From assembly GCF_009914755.1 (NCBI RefSeq), contig NC_060940.1: a stretch of 64,000 bases of DNA; one strand, 5' to 3'. Position numbers and translations under genes: made by a program. Within the stretch, counting starts at the first letter, position 1. The number at the start of each line of letters is the position of its first letter. Shown here in pieces: positions 13,734-28,669 of this stretch. This stretch comes from the human T2T-CHM13v2.0 reference genome, Homo sapiens. The notes below the pieces were generated by a model. The model was given only the letters and a program-made list of their open reading frames with translations, was not told the origin of the DNA and ran no database searches.

Positions 13734-14727
13734 GATGCAGTTTCTTGTTTTTGCTTTGCTTAACAATATATCCTAGAGATGATTACATAGCAGTATGTAT
13801 AGATATTTCATATTTTTTCCAGAGCTTCATAGCATCTCGTTGTGTGTTGATACATCATTGTTACGGAACCCAGCCCCCTACTGTTGGGCACTTGGGTTTT
13901 TTCCAGTCTTTTTCTATGACAAATCATGCTGCAATGAATAGCTTTGTGTTATGTGCTTTTCATGCTTTTGTCTGTGTATATTTGAAATAGATTCCTAGAA
14001 ATGGGATTGCTGAGTCAAACAATAAATTCACATACAATTTTGACTCTTATATTTCTTCTTATTTAGACTTCACTTCTGAGATGATTTTTTAAAAATGTTA
14101 AACTCTTGTTATATTCTGATCTAAGTCTATCAGCTTTCTGCTAAAATCTTCCTTTAGTCCAATCATCTCATTTCTATATTTTTTCCAATTATAATTTATA
14201 TTGTTCTTTCACGGTTTCAGTCTATTTTGGTTTGGCTCTGTGAAAAAAGGGCCCTGTTATTATTATATTTTTATTGCGTCTTCTCTTCCATTCTTCAGTT
14301 CTCTTCCCCAGAACTCTTTTTTTAAAAAAAAAAAAACAAAACCAAAAACAAACCCAAACCAGCACACTTTTCCATTTAAAGCTAAAATTACCATTCTACC
14401 TCCCTTCCAACCCTCCTGAAAATTTCCCCACAAACTATCTTTGCTATATCAGACATCATTTGATGGTAGTGCTAATCAGCATAAATCTATTTTAACAGAG
14501 TAAGGAAATAGATTGAATAATAGGAATATGAAAAGATATTTGGTAAGAGATTTTTGTAATGGGTATATGTACTTGAGAATAATTAGTATATACTATTTTG
14601 TCATTAAAAATAAAAGTTTGAATCAATAGAGTTAGAGGGACAGAACTTGCTGGCAAAAAGAACATGCCACAATCAGCATGCTACTGGAATTTGGATGCAA
14701 ACATGGCAAAGAGGAAGACACGGTGTA

Positions 14728-15026
14728 CTTTTTGTTTGTTTCTTTGAGATGGTCTCTCACTCTGTTACCCAGGCTGGAGTGCAGTGGCAAGATCTCTGCT
14801 CACTGCAACCTCCGCCTCCCAGGTTCAGGTGGCCTCCTGCCTCAGCCTCCCAAGTAGCTGGGATTACAGGTGCCTCCCACAACCCCCGGCTAATTTTTGT
14901 ATTTTTAGTACAGACAGGGTTTCACCATGTTGGCCAGGCTTTTCTCAAACTCCTGACCTCAAGTGATCCACCCGCCTCGGCCTTCCAAAATGCTGGGATT
15001 ACAGGCATGAGTCAACACACCCGGCC
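14728..15026 (-). mobile_element. AluSx-type
   Basis: TSD AAGACACGGTGTACTTTT/AAGACATGGTATACTTTT. Confidence 0.92.
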
Positions 15027-15075
15027 AAGACATGGTATACTTTTAAATTTGTGGTGACCACAAAAGGGAAAGAAG

Positions 15076-15188
15076 ACTGCTCTCCAGCCTGGGCGACAGA
15101 GAGAGAGTCTGTCTTAAAAAAAAAACAAAACACAGCAAACTGAAGCAATTAGATAACATTAAGTGTAAAATGGCATGATATAGAATTT
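15076..15188 (+). repeat. Direct copy of 15969-16116 (Alu 3' end plus its flank)
   Basis: Shares non-consensus Alu variants and ~55 bp of downstream flank. Confidence 0.92.
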
Positions 15189-15726
15189 TACAGATGAGGA
15201 TCTGAGGGATGTTTGCACACAGCCTGATAGGTTAAAACATATGGGGAAGGCTTAAATATAAATGAAATAGCATGCAGGGACCCCATCTTCCTGGGTATGG
15301 CACCTGCTTTCTGTTTCTTCTGCTGGATTGGAGATGTAAATATTTTTAGAAAACTACCAACACCGGAAGAAAATAATATAATCTTGAAATGTAGGAGGAA
15401 TTTCTAATCCCTACTTGAAAGACCAACACCAAAAGAAAAAAAACAAAACTTGTGCAGATCTAGCTACATAACAATCAGAAATTTGGTATTTAAAAAATCA
15501 CATAAGCAAAATCGAAAAAACAGTAATTTGGGAAAATATTTGCATCATACATGAAAAATAGTTAAGTTCCTCAATATATAGAAAGCATCCTCAAAACTAC
15601 AAGAAAAATACAAAGACTTCAACAGAAAAATGAGCATAAGACATGCATAAACAATTGCCTTAAAAAAACACTGAGATAATAAACATGAAAAACTGCTCAG
15701 TCTTTGCTATAATTAAAAGAAATGCA

Positions 15727-16060
<334 letters not shown>

Positions 16061-16506
16061 CAGCAAACTGAAACAATTAGATAACATTAAGTGTAAAATG
16101 GCATGATATAGAATTTGCATAATTTACATGTTCTCAAAAATAACAAAACATCCATGATCATATACTGCCTCCCATGTAGGTAGTTGTTATATTTGAGTTG
16201 TGGAATTATGTATTATTTTTCTGTTTTTTTCATATATTAACTTTAACTTTTTAGACAACAAACAATTGCTTTTGAAATAGGAAGACCTGTTATTTATGTG
16301 TTTACTTATTGTTAGAATAATAATACCCAGTGCTGGCATGGTTGTGTGAAAATGAGTACTCTTATGTCCTCCCAGGAGAAGTATAAATAAGTTTAACATT
16401 TCTGGGAAGCAATTTGTTAGGAGAGAAACCTTCAAAATCTACATTCATCTTTCAGCTGACAATTCTGCTTTATTAAATTTATCTTAGAATACATGAAGGG
16501 TATATA

Positions 16507-16930
16507 GAATACTATGCAGCCATAAAAAAGAATGAGTTCATGTCCTTTGTAGGGACATGGATGAAGCTGGAAACCATCATTCTCAGCAAACTAAACACAG
16601 GAACAGAAAACCAAACACCACATGTTCTCACTCATAAGTGGGAGTTGAACAATGAGAACACATGGGCACAGGGAGGGGAACATCACACATGGGGGCCTGT
16701 TGGCAGATTGCAGGGAAGGGGAGGGAGAGCGTTAGGACATTAGCCCCGCATGCATTAGGGAGAGCATTAGCATTAGCTCCGCATGCATTAGGACAAACAC
16801 CTAATGCATGCAGGGCTTAAAACCTAGATGACGGGTTGATAGATGTAGGAAACCATCATGGCACATGTATACCTATGTAACAAACCTGCACGTTCTGCAT
16901 ATGTATCCAGAACTTAAGGTAAAATAATAA
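16507..16930 (+). mobile_element. 5'-truncated L1PA (about PA7-8) 3' end with internal inverted duplications
   Basis: MSFVGTWMKLETIILSKL and L1PA 3'UTR; TSD ATACATGAAGGGTATA/ATATATGAAGGGTGTA. Confidence 0.9.
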
Positions 16931-18061
16931 TTATATATGAAGGGTGTAAGACAGAGACAAAAATACTCATTACAATGCTGATATTTGTAGGTAAAAATTA
17001 TGACAACTAATGTTAAAGAAGACAGGACTCGATATACAGTAATTAACATGCCTCTGCAGTATGTTGTTTGAAGTGCCTCAAAAAAGTAAATTGTGCTCAA
17101 ATAAATTTGAGAAAACCCATGTTAAACAAAGTCAATTTTTTTTAGTTGTAGGGTTTTCAGACTTTAATAGCTAATGTGCACGATAATGGTTCAAATGGGC
17201 AGCATTTTCCTAACTTATTTTACAATGAAACGTATTTTTCTCAATGTGCCTATTAGAATGTTTTATAATAATATTTAGAGATCATCAGTTTTGGAAGCAC
17301 TGTCATATAGAGTTACTCAAATGCTGTTGTAGAAGAGCATTGTATGACAAGGAAAGGTGTTCACAATATGTATAAAATGATAACACAGATTTCAGAGGAG
17401 TATGAACAATGTGGTCCCATTAATGGAAGACTGTGAGTGCATTGAAAAGAAATTGGACAAAAAAAAAACATTGACAGCAAAATATTAAAAGTGGCTATGT
17501 CTGGGTAATGGAAAGTGGGTAATTTTTATTTTTTCTCTTTGCTTGTACACATTTAATAAGATCTCACAATGAACATATATTACCACTGAAATAAGGAAAA
17601 TGATAAAACTTACAAAAATCGTGTAGAAGAATATGTAATATATTGTTCACAATGTGTTCTGTGGGAAAAGGAGATTATAAAACAGTGTGTTCATTATAAT
17701 TTCTTTTTAAAGATACTTACCTATATGGATAGCTGTTCAGAGAAAAAGGAAATGTACCAAGATACTAACACTTATAATTTTGGGGTTATATCTGGGATTA
17801 CAGATAATTTTATGTGCTCTTGGTCAGAAGAATATATTGAATTGTTTCTAAAATGAATGTTTTATGTCTTTAAGTTAAATAGGTACATAATATATACTCC
17901 TAGAAACATGGACATTTAAAAATAAATACATATCCCTTTTTGATTGATCTCTTGTTCCTAAGAATGAGACTTAAACCTTGTGGTCATTTAAGGGAGAAGT
18001 TCTCCAAAACAGGGTGCAGACATCCCAGGGAAGGTGTGATATTGAACGGGAAGCATATTAG

Positions 18062-18407
<346 letters not shown>

Positions 18408-18647
18408 TTATTTTTCTCATATTTTCAATGTCTATTTTTGTATGTTTAGTAATGTACATAATCTATTAGCATAGTAGTACATGTATGGAATTTACAGATA
18501 TGTGAATACGCATTGGTGGTCCATTCTCCAAAAACTTTTTTCAAAAGATATTATGATCTAAAATGTTTCTTAACGATAGCTCTAAAACACTGAAATGCTG
18601 GCAAGTGACATCTTTGACCACACTTCCACATTCCCAGGCTTCTAAAA

Positions 18648-19030
18648 CAGGGGTCCCCAATCCCCTTGCTGAGGACTGTTACCAGTCCATGGCCTGTTAG
18701 GAACCAGGCCACACTGTGGGAGGTGAGTGGCTGGTGAGTGAAAGAAGCTTCATCTGTATTTACAGCCACTCCTCATCACTCACATTATCACCTAGGCTCT
18801 GCCCCCTGTCAGATTAGTGGCGGCATTAGATTCTCAAAGGAGCGTGAACCCTATTGTGAACTGCGCGTGCAAGGGATCTAGGTTGCATGCTCTTTATGAG
18901 AGTCTAATGCCTGATGATCTGAGGTGGAACAGTTTCATCCTGAAACCATACCCCCTTCTCCCCACCCATCCATGGAAAAATTGTCTTCCATGAAACCAGT
19001 CCCTGGTGCCAAAAAGATTGAGCACTACTG
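18648..19030 (+). mobile_element. MER1 (hAT-Charlie MITE)
   Basis: CAGGGGTCCCCAA...GAGCACTACTG termini; perfect 8-bp TSD TTCTAAAA at 18640-18647 and 19031-19038. Confidence 0.93.
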
Positions 19031-19219
19031 TTCTAAAAGGTACTCTCCTGACCACGTGGGTGCAGGTTCAGGCCTAATTGCTGAAATCTCCCTGGATTTG
19101 CTGACCAAGTAGTCTGATGATCCCCATCTTCCACTCTGCTCATATTCCCAGGTCCCAGTCTGTGTTCCCTGGACATGGGAAAGGACACTGTATTGATACA
19201 GTAGCCAGCAGTGCTGCAC

Positions 19220-19580
19220 ACTGACTGTTTCTGGTTCTGCAGTCTTCTAGGTGCATGGTAGGATGGCTGTTCTTGGCCCTCTTGGGTTGGAGCCATGTGG
19301 CCAGTTCTGGCCAATGAGCTGTGAAGTGTAGAGTCTTGTGTTGCTCCTAATTAAGGCATTAGATTACTAGTGTAAGAGTCCCCTTTCCACCACCATGATG
19401 GACAATGTTTGATAGTGTGGGGGCTCCATCAGCCTGAGTCCTAGAGAGAGGACAATGATGCTGGACAACAGAGCTACCTTTCTCCCCTTGCTGCGTGAGT
19501 GAGAAGTACGCTCCTATTGTTTAAGCTTCTGAAGTATGGGCATTATTTGTTATTATGACACAACTTAGTCTATGCTGACT
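19220..19580 (+). mobile_element. MLT1J-like LTR
   Basis: CCATGTGGCCAGTTCTGGCCAATGAGCTGTGAAGTG..CTCCATCAGCCTGAGTCC. Confidence 0.65.
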
Positions 19581-20790
19581 TTAAGATCAGAGTTCCCCAG
19601 TTAACTCCAAGAGGGTTCCTGATGGGCTCAAACCAATTCTGCATTAAAGTCCTTTCCTTGATTCTTATGAGTGAATGGCAAATAATCATCTAGATTTTTA
19701 TTTCTTTGTCTAATTAAGAACCACTTATTTGTGACCCAAAGGTGTTATTAAGCATCTAAAAATTGTTATATATGGAAACAAAACTTAATAGATTTTTCTG
19801 AGGAATTTATTCATTATTCTACTAAGAAATCTTTGATTCTCTCCGCATTTCCACAACGGACTCTCTGTAGACTCCTTTTCTAATTTCCACCTTGTTGTTA
19901 AGAGATTACAATAGAGCGATAGTTTATGCAGGAGTGAGGTTTTAAAGTCAGTGAACAGAAAACAGTATATACAAATAGGTAGTTGAGTCTCAAAAATTTT
20001 TTCCATGGGTTTTATGATTACAAAAAGTGTTAATTACAGCTCTGAAGCATAAAAAAGCCTTGAAAATTTCTTAAATTGCTTTTTAAAGAATAGTACACAT
20101 GATTTTTCTATGAACAGACCTGCACAGAGGCATAAATATTAACATATATAGTAATCTAAACTATGTAATCAAGAGTACCTACATGACCACATCTACACAC
20201 ACTAGAATCACACTTGGTGTTGCAAATGCTTGCACTGTGAGAGGCTCAAGGGAGCTGAGATTGGTGGGAACAGTGAATTAATGTCATCGACCTCATGCTC
20301 ACTTTCATATATAAGCTTGTGGAGTGCATGGTGGGCAGGATTTCCTGTGCTGCTTAAACATGTTCTTTTTTCCCTTTCTGTCACTCCTGCAACATATTTG
20401 GATTTTCATATATTCAATGAATGAATGTTATGGTTACGCTATGCTTCCTAATTGTAGCACTTGATCTACTTCTTTCTCCTCTATATTTTGTCGATTGACT
20501 TTTCTTCTTTATGAGAAGCAAAATGAATATACAACTATTGAAGAGATTTCCTGTTTTAGCCAAATGGATGCTTGTTCACTTTGGGAATGCTAGATATGCC
20601 GTATGCTACATGTCAGCCTCTACCATCCCCTTTCTGACATCTGACTGCTGAAGAAGGTGGCTGTTGTCATACGACCTCGGCTCTCTGGCTTCTGAGCAGG
20701 AGATTCACTTGGCCTCTCCAGACCCATGCTCCACTCTTCTCCAGCTGCTCTGTGCTCTGGGAGGCTCGCCTGGGAGGTCGCATTACCCAG

Positions 20791-21146
20791 TGTATTAGTC
20801 TGTTCTCATGCTGCTAATAAAGACATACTTGAGACGGGTTATTTAAAAAGGAAAGAGGTTTAATTGACTCACAGGTCCATATGGCTGGGGAGGTCTCACA
20901 ACCATGGTGGAAGACAAAGGAGGAGCAAAGTCGCGTCTTACATGGCTGCAGGCAAAAGAGCTTGTTCAGGGGAAGCCCTCTTTATAAAACCATCAGATCT
21001 TGTGAGACTTATTCACTACCATGAGAAAAGTATTGGGGGAAACCACCTCCATGATTCAATTATCTCCACCTGGCCCTGCCCTTGGCACGTAGGGATTATT
21101 ACAATTCAAGGTCAGATATGGGTGGGGACACAGCCACACCATATCA
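20791..21146 (-). mobile_element. THE1 solo LTR (ERVL-MaLR)
   Basis: TGTATTAGTC...CCATATCA termini; perfect 5-bp TSD CCCAG. Confidence 0.93.
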
Positions 21147-21451
21147 CCCAGGCTACCTCTCCTTCAGCTCCTGGTTGTGTCAGGCCAATGGGACGCACCA
21201 GCAGGAGCTGGGAAGGTGAGATGAGAATGATATTCAGCCCTCGCTCCACAGTCAGGCTGCAGGAGTCACATTCCTGAATAGAGGCCACATGCCTCTCTGC
21301 CAGGCCTCTCCACGACTCTCACCAGGTTTCCCTAAGTGCTCCCCACTCTTGTGCCTTCTGACCTAGGGGCAGTAATGGCTCTCATGTTGTTAGTCTTGAG
21401 GTGCTGCACTGTACCCATGCTGATTTCCCTTATCCTGCCCAGCCCTTTTAA

Positions 21452-21730
21452 TTTTTTTTTTCATTTTAGAGACAGGGTCATGCTGTGTCACTCAGGCTGG
21501 GGTGCAGTGGCATGATCATAGATCCCTGCAACCCCAAACTCCTGAGTTCAAGGGATCTTCCCCTGCCATTCTACCAAGTAGCTAGGACTATAGGTGCACA
21601 CAACCACACCCTGCTAATTAAAAAAAAGAAAAAGTGTGTGTAGAAACTGTGGGTCTTGCTGTGTTGCCCAGGCTGATCTGAAACTCCTCTTGGCCTCAAG
21701 CAATCCTCTTGCCCTCAGCCTCCCAAATAG
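21452..21730 (-). mobile_element. AluJ (diverged)
   Basis: Antisense Alu with J diagnostics. Confidence 0.82.
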
Positions 21731-21869
21731 CTACCCACACCTTTTTCAGTAGCCCCTTTATTAAACTCTCTTCAATAACCCCTTCTAAGTGTGATATGTG
21801 TTTTCTGCTAGGACCTCAACCCTCAAAGACTTTTGGGGAACTAGGGTATTACTAAGAAATTGAAACTAG

Positions 21870-22285
<416 letters not shown>

Positions 22286-23127
22286 TTAACAATTAAGATG
22301 TAAAGGCAAGTGAGGTACAATGCAATGAATTCCCATGCATCTAAAGAAATAAAAATATCAATATTGGTAAAATCTTGTTTTTTATCTCTTCTGAGGTATA
22401 TCCCTACAGTGCTTCTGAGCTGAGAATCAAGAATCAGACCAGGACCTACCTTGCTCATAAAAGACCCAATTTCAAGGTGACAGATACCATCTGGGGGATT
22501 TAGAAAAGTCAGTGTTGAACTTGTGAGTGAGTGTGTGTGGTTGAGAGAGAAATATTTGAAATAGGCTTTATGAAACAACACGCTGACCCAGCAGGAATAC
22601 TATTTAAGCAATTGCTCTTTCTTAAGTCATTAGGTGTGAGCTGAAAGCACCTGCTTTGAAATGGGACAGGCTTGCGTCTAAATGTTGACTCTTTGATTCA
22701 TTCCTTCTGTGACCTTGAAGGAGCCTTTTCAAGGGTGGTCTTCGAATATAGAGGCCCATTCTCTATGGTAAGACATGCCCCAGATGGCATGGTGTATATG
22801 GCGTATAGTGGTGTGTAAAAGAGCATTCACTTACTACAGGGCTTATGGTCTAGCAGGGGAGATGGCATATGTAGGCTGATGAATATAATCCAAGGCTACA
22901 TTTCATAAAGGCATTGAAATCTTAAGAGCCAGCCCATTAAGGTTGCTATCGAAGAAATAGAAGAAAGGATCTTAGAGCTACATTCATCTAGCTTCCTTAT
23001 CATGGAGAAGAGGAAACAGACAGTACCACACTACCAGTTCTAGCTCAGCCCTAACTCCCGACTTCTATTTAAATTGTTATCTCTGCACTGTATTGCCTTT
23101 TAGGCCTATTCTGGCTCAAAGTGGCTG

Positions 23128-23514
<387 letters not shown>

Positions 23515-23619
23515 TAAAACACATTGTATGGGTAAGAAAATCCAGATAAACGAACAAGTATGTTGTTGGTGTTGCCACATCAATGCAGTTTTTAGTGCGC
23601 TTCTATTTGTTGAGTAGAG

Positions 23620-23855
23620 TAGACAAGAATATGGGCTCTAGAATGCTACAAACTGGGTTCAAATTCCAGGCCCACTATTTATTGTCTGTGCATTAGTCTC
23701 CTTATTTTCAAAATAAGAATAATAATAATGCCTATCTCATAGGATTATATAAGTATTAAATGAGGTACTCTCTCTATGTGTATATGTGCACACATACACA
23801 CACACGCCCCTAGGACAGTGCCTGGGACATATGACACTCAATATCTTTTAGCTGT
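23620..23855 (+). mobile_element. MIR
   Basis: GGGTTCAAATTCCAGG..AATAATAATGCCTATCTCATAGGATT..ACAGTGCCTGG. Confidence 0.7.
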
Positions 23856-24476
23856 CACTATTTTCCTGCAGTAGAATATAAGCCCTTGAAAGTAGATTTT
23901 GAATTTATTTGTTTCATTGCTGCTTCTCCAATGCTCAGGAAAATGCCAGTTATACAGTGAGCTTTCAGTAAATATTTGTTGAATGAATGCATGGATTCCC
24001 TTATTTTCCTTTCCCAGAGTTTAGAGGGCATGGTGAAGTTCTCAAACTTGCTCCAGGTGAAAGAACAAAGCCACGTGTCCTTTTCTCCACTCACCCCTGA
24101 GCAGTGGCCATTTAAGGATGTTCACAGTGACAGTGAAGACTTTAGGATGTTCACATTCATTCATTCATTCAACAAATGTCTAATGGTAGCTAGTGACAGA
24201 GATAAAAAGATGATTAAGACTCTTTTTCTGCCCTCTGAGTAAAGGCATAGAAAGATTACATGCTTTGTGCAGGTGATTTCAAGTGTCATTTCGATGTTGC
24301 TGGCACATCAAGGGTGAGGCACATGTTGCTGGCAAGAGATGAAACTGGAGAATTAGGCAAGGGCCATGTCTTGGAGGACTTTGCAGTCTGTCTTAGGTTG
24401 AGTTCCCCCAGAAGCAGTCCCTGAGACTAGGATTCAGATACAAGTGATTCATTGAGAAGTTCTCCTAGGAAACCCT

Positions 24477-24832
<356 letters not shown>

Positions 24833-24885
24833 TTAGGAAAACCTGATAAGAGAATGTGAGGAGCAGGATAGAGAAGGGGAAGAAG

Positions 24886-25372
24886 TGTGGTCTCCAGCAT
24901 CCAAGACGGTCCTCAGCAATCCTCACTTCCTGCCTTTTTTGTAATCCCCCTTGCACGTTGTACCAGGACTGACCTGTGTGGCCAACAGCATATAGCAGAA
25001 GTGGTTGCATGTCACCTCTGAGGTTAGGTTCTGTTTTGGGTGCTGTCTTGCTCATTTCCTAGCTCTCTCCTTCTCTTGGATCATTTGCTTTGGGAAAAGA
25101 CAGCAGCCCTATAGAGAGGCCCATCTGGCAAGGAACTGGAGCCTCTTGCCAGCAGCCACGTGAGGTGATCTTGGAAGCAGATCCTCTATTCCCATCAGAT
25201 GACTGCAGCCCCAGCTGACAACTTGACTGCAACCTCATGAGTGACCCTGACCACAGCTAAGCTGCTTCCAGATTCCTGGCCCTCAGATACTATGCAAGAT
25301 AATAAATGTTTGTTTCTTTCAGACATTAATTTTTTGGGGAAAATGTGTTATGCAACAATAGATAAATAGTAT
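24886..25372 (+). mobile_element. MLT1F-like LTR
   Basis: GGCAAGGAACTGGAGCCTCTTGCCAGCAGCCACGTGAG..GATGACTGCAGCCCCAGCTGACAACTTGACTGCAACCTCATGAG. Confidence 0.8.
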
Positions 25373-26096
25373 GCCAAGTAATGGTGTGACTTTAGGCAAA
25401 GTCTCAGCATTAATCTGGTGCTGCTGGGGAGCTCTGGAATGTAAGTTACACCTCAGAGTTTGTCCTTATTTGAGCCAAGGGAGCTGGGCTTTAACACCTT
25501 GGTATCAGTCACTCATTGGTTGTAGGCCGCCCTGACACTTCTGACTCTTTGTACCTGTGAGCAAAGGTGGTCAATTCATGTAGGGGCAGCCCTCCCAAGA
25601 GAATCTAAGGTGTGGGCCCTTACAAGCAAAACACACAGAAGCTGGGGTTGGGGGAATAGGTACCCAGAAATAGTAGAGGGGAATCAAAGGGCTGTGGAGT
25701 GTGCCCTTGCAGTGTCCACAACCCAGGCCATACTTGGCCTTGAACTTAGGCCTGTAGGTGATAGGGAGCCACTGTAGAATGTCAAGCAAAAACTTGATGG
25801 TAATTTATTTTCTATTCTGGCAGTAATCACAAGAGGCAGCCAAAGAGGAAGATAGCATTATGAAGCTGTCATATGATGATTTAGGGAAGAGGTGCCAAGG
25901 ATTGGAAGGAGGTAATGGACGCAAGAACATTTGGAGGTAAAAGTCAGCACGACGGTGATGGAGAATCGAGGGAAAGAAGAGAGAGGAATTATGGATGCCT
26001 CCTAGGTTCTTAACTCTGGTGTGAGAGAGAGATACAGAGAGAAAAAGAGAGTGGGGGTAGGGGAGGGAGACATAGGACAAATTGAAATAGAGAAGT

Positions 26097-26420
26097 GGCC
26101 AGGAGCAGTGGCTCACCACCGGTAATCCCAGCAATTTGGGAGGCCAAGGTGGGAATATTGCTTGACCTCAGGAATTTGAGACCAGCCTGGGTAACATAGT
26201 GAGACCTTGTCTCTACTAAAAGTCAAAAAGAATTAGCCAGGCGTGGTGACACATGCCTGTGGTCCCGGCTACATGGGAGGCTGAAGCGGGAGGATCAGTT
26301 ATGTCTGAGAGATTGAGGCTGCAGTGAGCTATGATTGCATCACTGCACGCCATCCTGGGAGACAAACCAATACCCTGTTTCAAACAAACAAGCAATCAAA
26401 CAAAAACAATAACAACAAAG
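26097..26420 (+). mobile_element. AluJ
   Basis: TSD GAAATAGAGAAG. Confidence 0.88.
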
Positions 26421-26480
26421 AAATAGAGAAGAAAGACTCTGAAATCTAAGGGAAAAGCTCAGTGAAATGCTGCATTTCAG

Positions 26481-27040
26481 ACTGCAAAAATATGGAATCA
26501 ACCTCAGTGCCCATCAACTGATGAGTGGATAAAGATAATGTGGTATATATATATAATTCCATAGTGTGTATATATATATTTCACAGTATGTATATTCCAT
26601 AGTATATAGAATCTATAGATTCCATATACATATATATACACACACACACACACATATATGTATACTATGAAACGCTACTCAGCCATAAAAATGAATGGAA
26701 TAACGTCTTTTGCAGAAACTTGGATAAAACTGGAGGCCCTTATCCTAGTGAAGTAATTCAGGAATGGAAAACCACATACCACATGTTCTCACTGATCAAT
26801 GGGAACTAAACTATGGATACACAAAGGCAAACAGAGTGATACAATATAATGGACACTGGAAACTCAGAAAGGGAGGGGTGGGTGGGGGTGAGGAATGAAA
26901 AATTACCTACTGGGTACAATGTACACTGTTTAGATGATGGGTGCATGAGAAGCCCAGACTTCACCCCTATATGATTTATTCATGTAATGCAAAACCACTT
27001 GTACCCCCTAAAGCTATTGAAAATAAATAAATAAATAAAA
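26481..27040 (+). mobile_element. L1 3' end (L1PB/L1MA-type) with internal (TA)/(CA) expansion
   Basis: ATATGGAATCAACCTCAGTGCCCATCAAC..3'UTR..(AAAT)n tail. Confidence 0.85.
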
Positions 27041-27279
27041 GAACCACAAGCCGTAAGCTCCTTTGGCTGGATTCCTTTTCTTCTCTACATTCATCTTTAT
27101 TAAACATCTACTCCAAGCACCTTGCTGATGCTATGAAAGTTACAGTAGTGATCCAGTTTTCCTCTCTTGAATTTAAGGCAAAATCAGAGATGTAAACAAA
27201 TAATTATAATACTACATGATACAAACTACAGTTTTGGAAACTAGAAGATTTCTTATTTATATTATTTCTCCATCATAAA

Positions 27280-27284
<5 letters not shown>

Positions 27285-27360
<76 letters not shown>
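27285..27360. repeat. (TTTC)19 tetranucleotide STR (Alu tail-derived)
   Basis: 19 perfect units. Confidence 0.95.
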
Positions 27361-27361
<1 letters not shown>

Positions 27362-27399
27362 GTTTCTTTTCTTTTCCCCCTCTCTCTCTCTCTTTCTTT

Positions 27400-27634
27400 C
27401 TTTTTTTGAGACGGAGTCTCGCTCTGTCACCCAGGCTGGAGTGCAGTGGCACTATCTCGGCTCACTGCAACCTCCGCCTCCTGGGCTCATGTGATTCTCC
27501 TGCCTCATCCTCCTGAGTAGCTGGGATTACAGGCGCCTGCCACCATGCCCCGCTAATTTTTGTGTTTTTAGTAGAGATGGGGTTTCGCCATGTTGGCTAG
27601 GCTGGATTACAGGCGTGAGCCATCACTCCTGGCC
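27400..27634 (-). mobile_element. AluS with left-arm deletion
   Basis: GGCTAGGCTGG|ATTACAGG junction. Confidence 0.88.
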
Positions 27635-28669
27635 CTTTCTTCTTTTCTTGCATCCTCTGTTTTCTTCCTGTCTTAGGTTTACCATTCCTTCTTTTCCCGC
27701 TCTCATCTCCACTTTCCTTTCTTCCATTTATTCCGAGTCATTTAGCATCTTGACTAAAAGTTTCTCTGTGTCCTGCCTTGGTTTCTGTATTCCCTGCTCT
27801 GTTACTGTTGCTGTGTTACTTAACTCTGCAGTGCCTGTAGAAAGCTTTCCTATTGAATCAAACTGTGCGTGTGTCTGCATTGATGTATCTTGTGTTGGTT
27901 GGGTTCCCCTGAATGTCTGAAATGTAGAATTTTATATTCAGCAACACTGCCTATAGGGTTCACAATATCCTGTGTCTCAGGTGTTCAAATGACAAGGTGT
28001 TTAGGTTTCAGGGAACTGTCACTCCTTAGCAGACATGCATAGTTCATAGTGATCATCATTATCTATTGAATTTTCCAGTTCCAAGTCCTCCCAGATTCCC
28101 AGGACTCTTGCCTGTGTTCACAGTAGCCAGCCAGATGCTCATCTGTGTTGCTCTCCTGGGGAGGCAGGCTTGATACAGGCAATGGGATTGGTAAAAATGC
28201 TGCTGGAACTAATGGGCTCCTCAGCAGGCTCTCCACCTCCAGTCTTGTTACTTGAGTGGCCTCAAATGTCCCTTTCCATCCTACTCCCTCCTTGCAGCTA
28301 TCCTATTCCTGTCCAGATCTACCCACATTGTCCCAGCAACTTTACATAAGGTAGTGAGAGAAGGGCTGGAATGTGAAGATACCTCAGATTCCTGGCCCTT
28401 TAGTCACTGCCAACTCTGAAATGACTAGCATGGGTGAAACACAGTGGCAGCAGCTAACGCTGTTTGTGACCTGATTGCTAAGGAGGTGCAGATTAAGTTC
28501 TTCCCTTTCTCCTCTTCTGCAGGTCATAAGGGCTTGGTTTTTCTCTTGTGGATTTGTTAAAGCAAAACTAACAACTTTACTTTCCTGCCACAGGTAGTAA
28601 ACAAAAAGGAGACACTGCTTTGGACTGAGAAGATTCTTGTGACAAAGGGAATCTCCACAAGTCTTCTAA

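Larger units (their letters stand above)
20690..21815 (+). mobile_element. LTR33-like ERVL LTR carrying nested THE1 and AluJ
   Basis: CCTAGGGGCAGTAATGGCT..TTTCCCTTATCCTGCCC..CCCCTTTATTAAACTCTCTTCA; sequence resumes across both inserts. Confidence 0.65.

Noticed and set aside
14647-15057. ORFs with LQPPPPRF / [11 protein letters not shown] motifs (also 3938, 53093, 62126 and others)
   Set aside because: Standard Alu translation artefacts.
20864-21277. 137-aa ORF
   Set aside because: Within the THE1 LTR and flanking LTR; non-ATG start.
26540-26670. Repeated TATTCCATAGT units that look like a spacer array
   Set aside because: Slippage expansion of a TA-rich site in an L1 3' end; no CRISPR-like structure, and the DNA is human.
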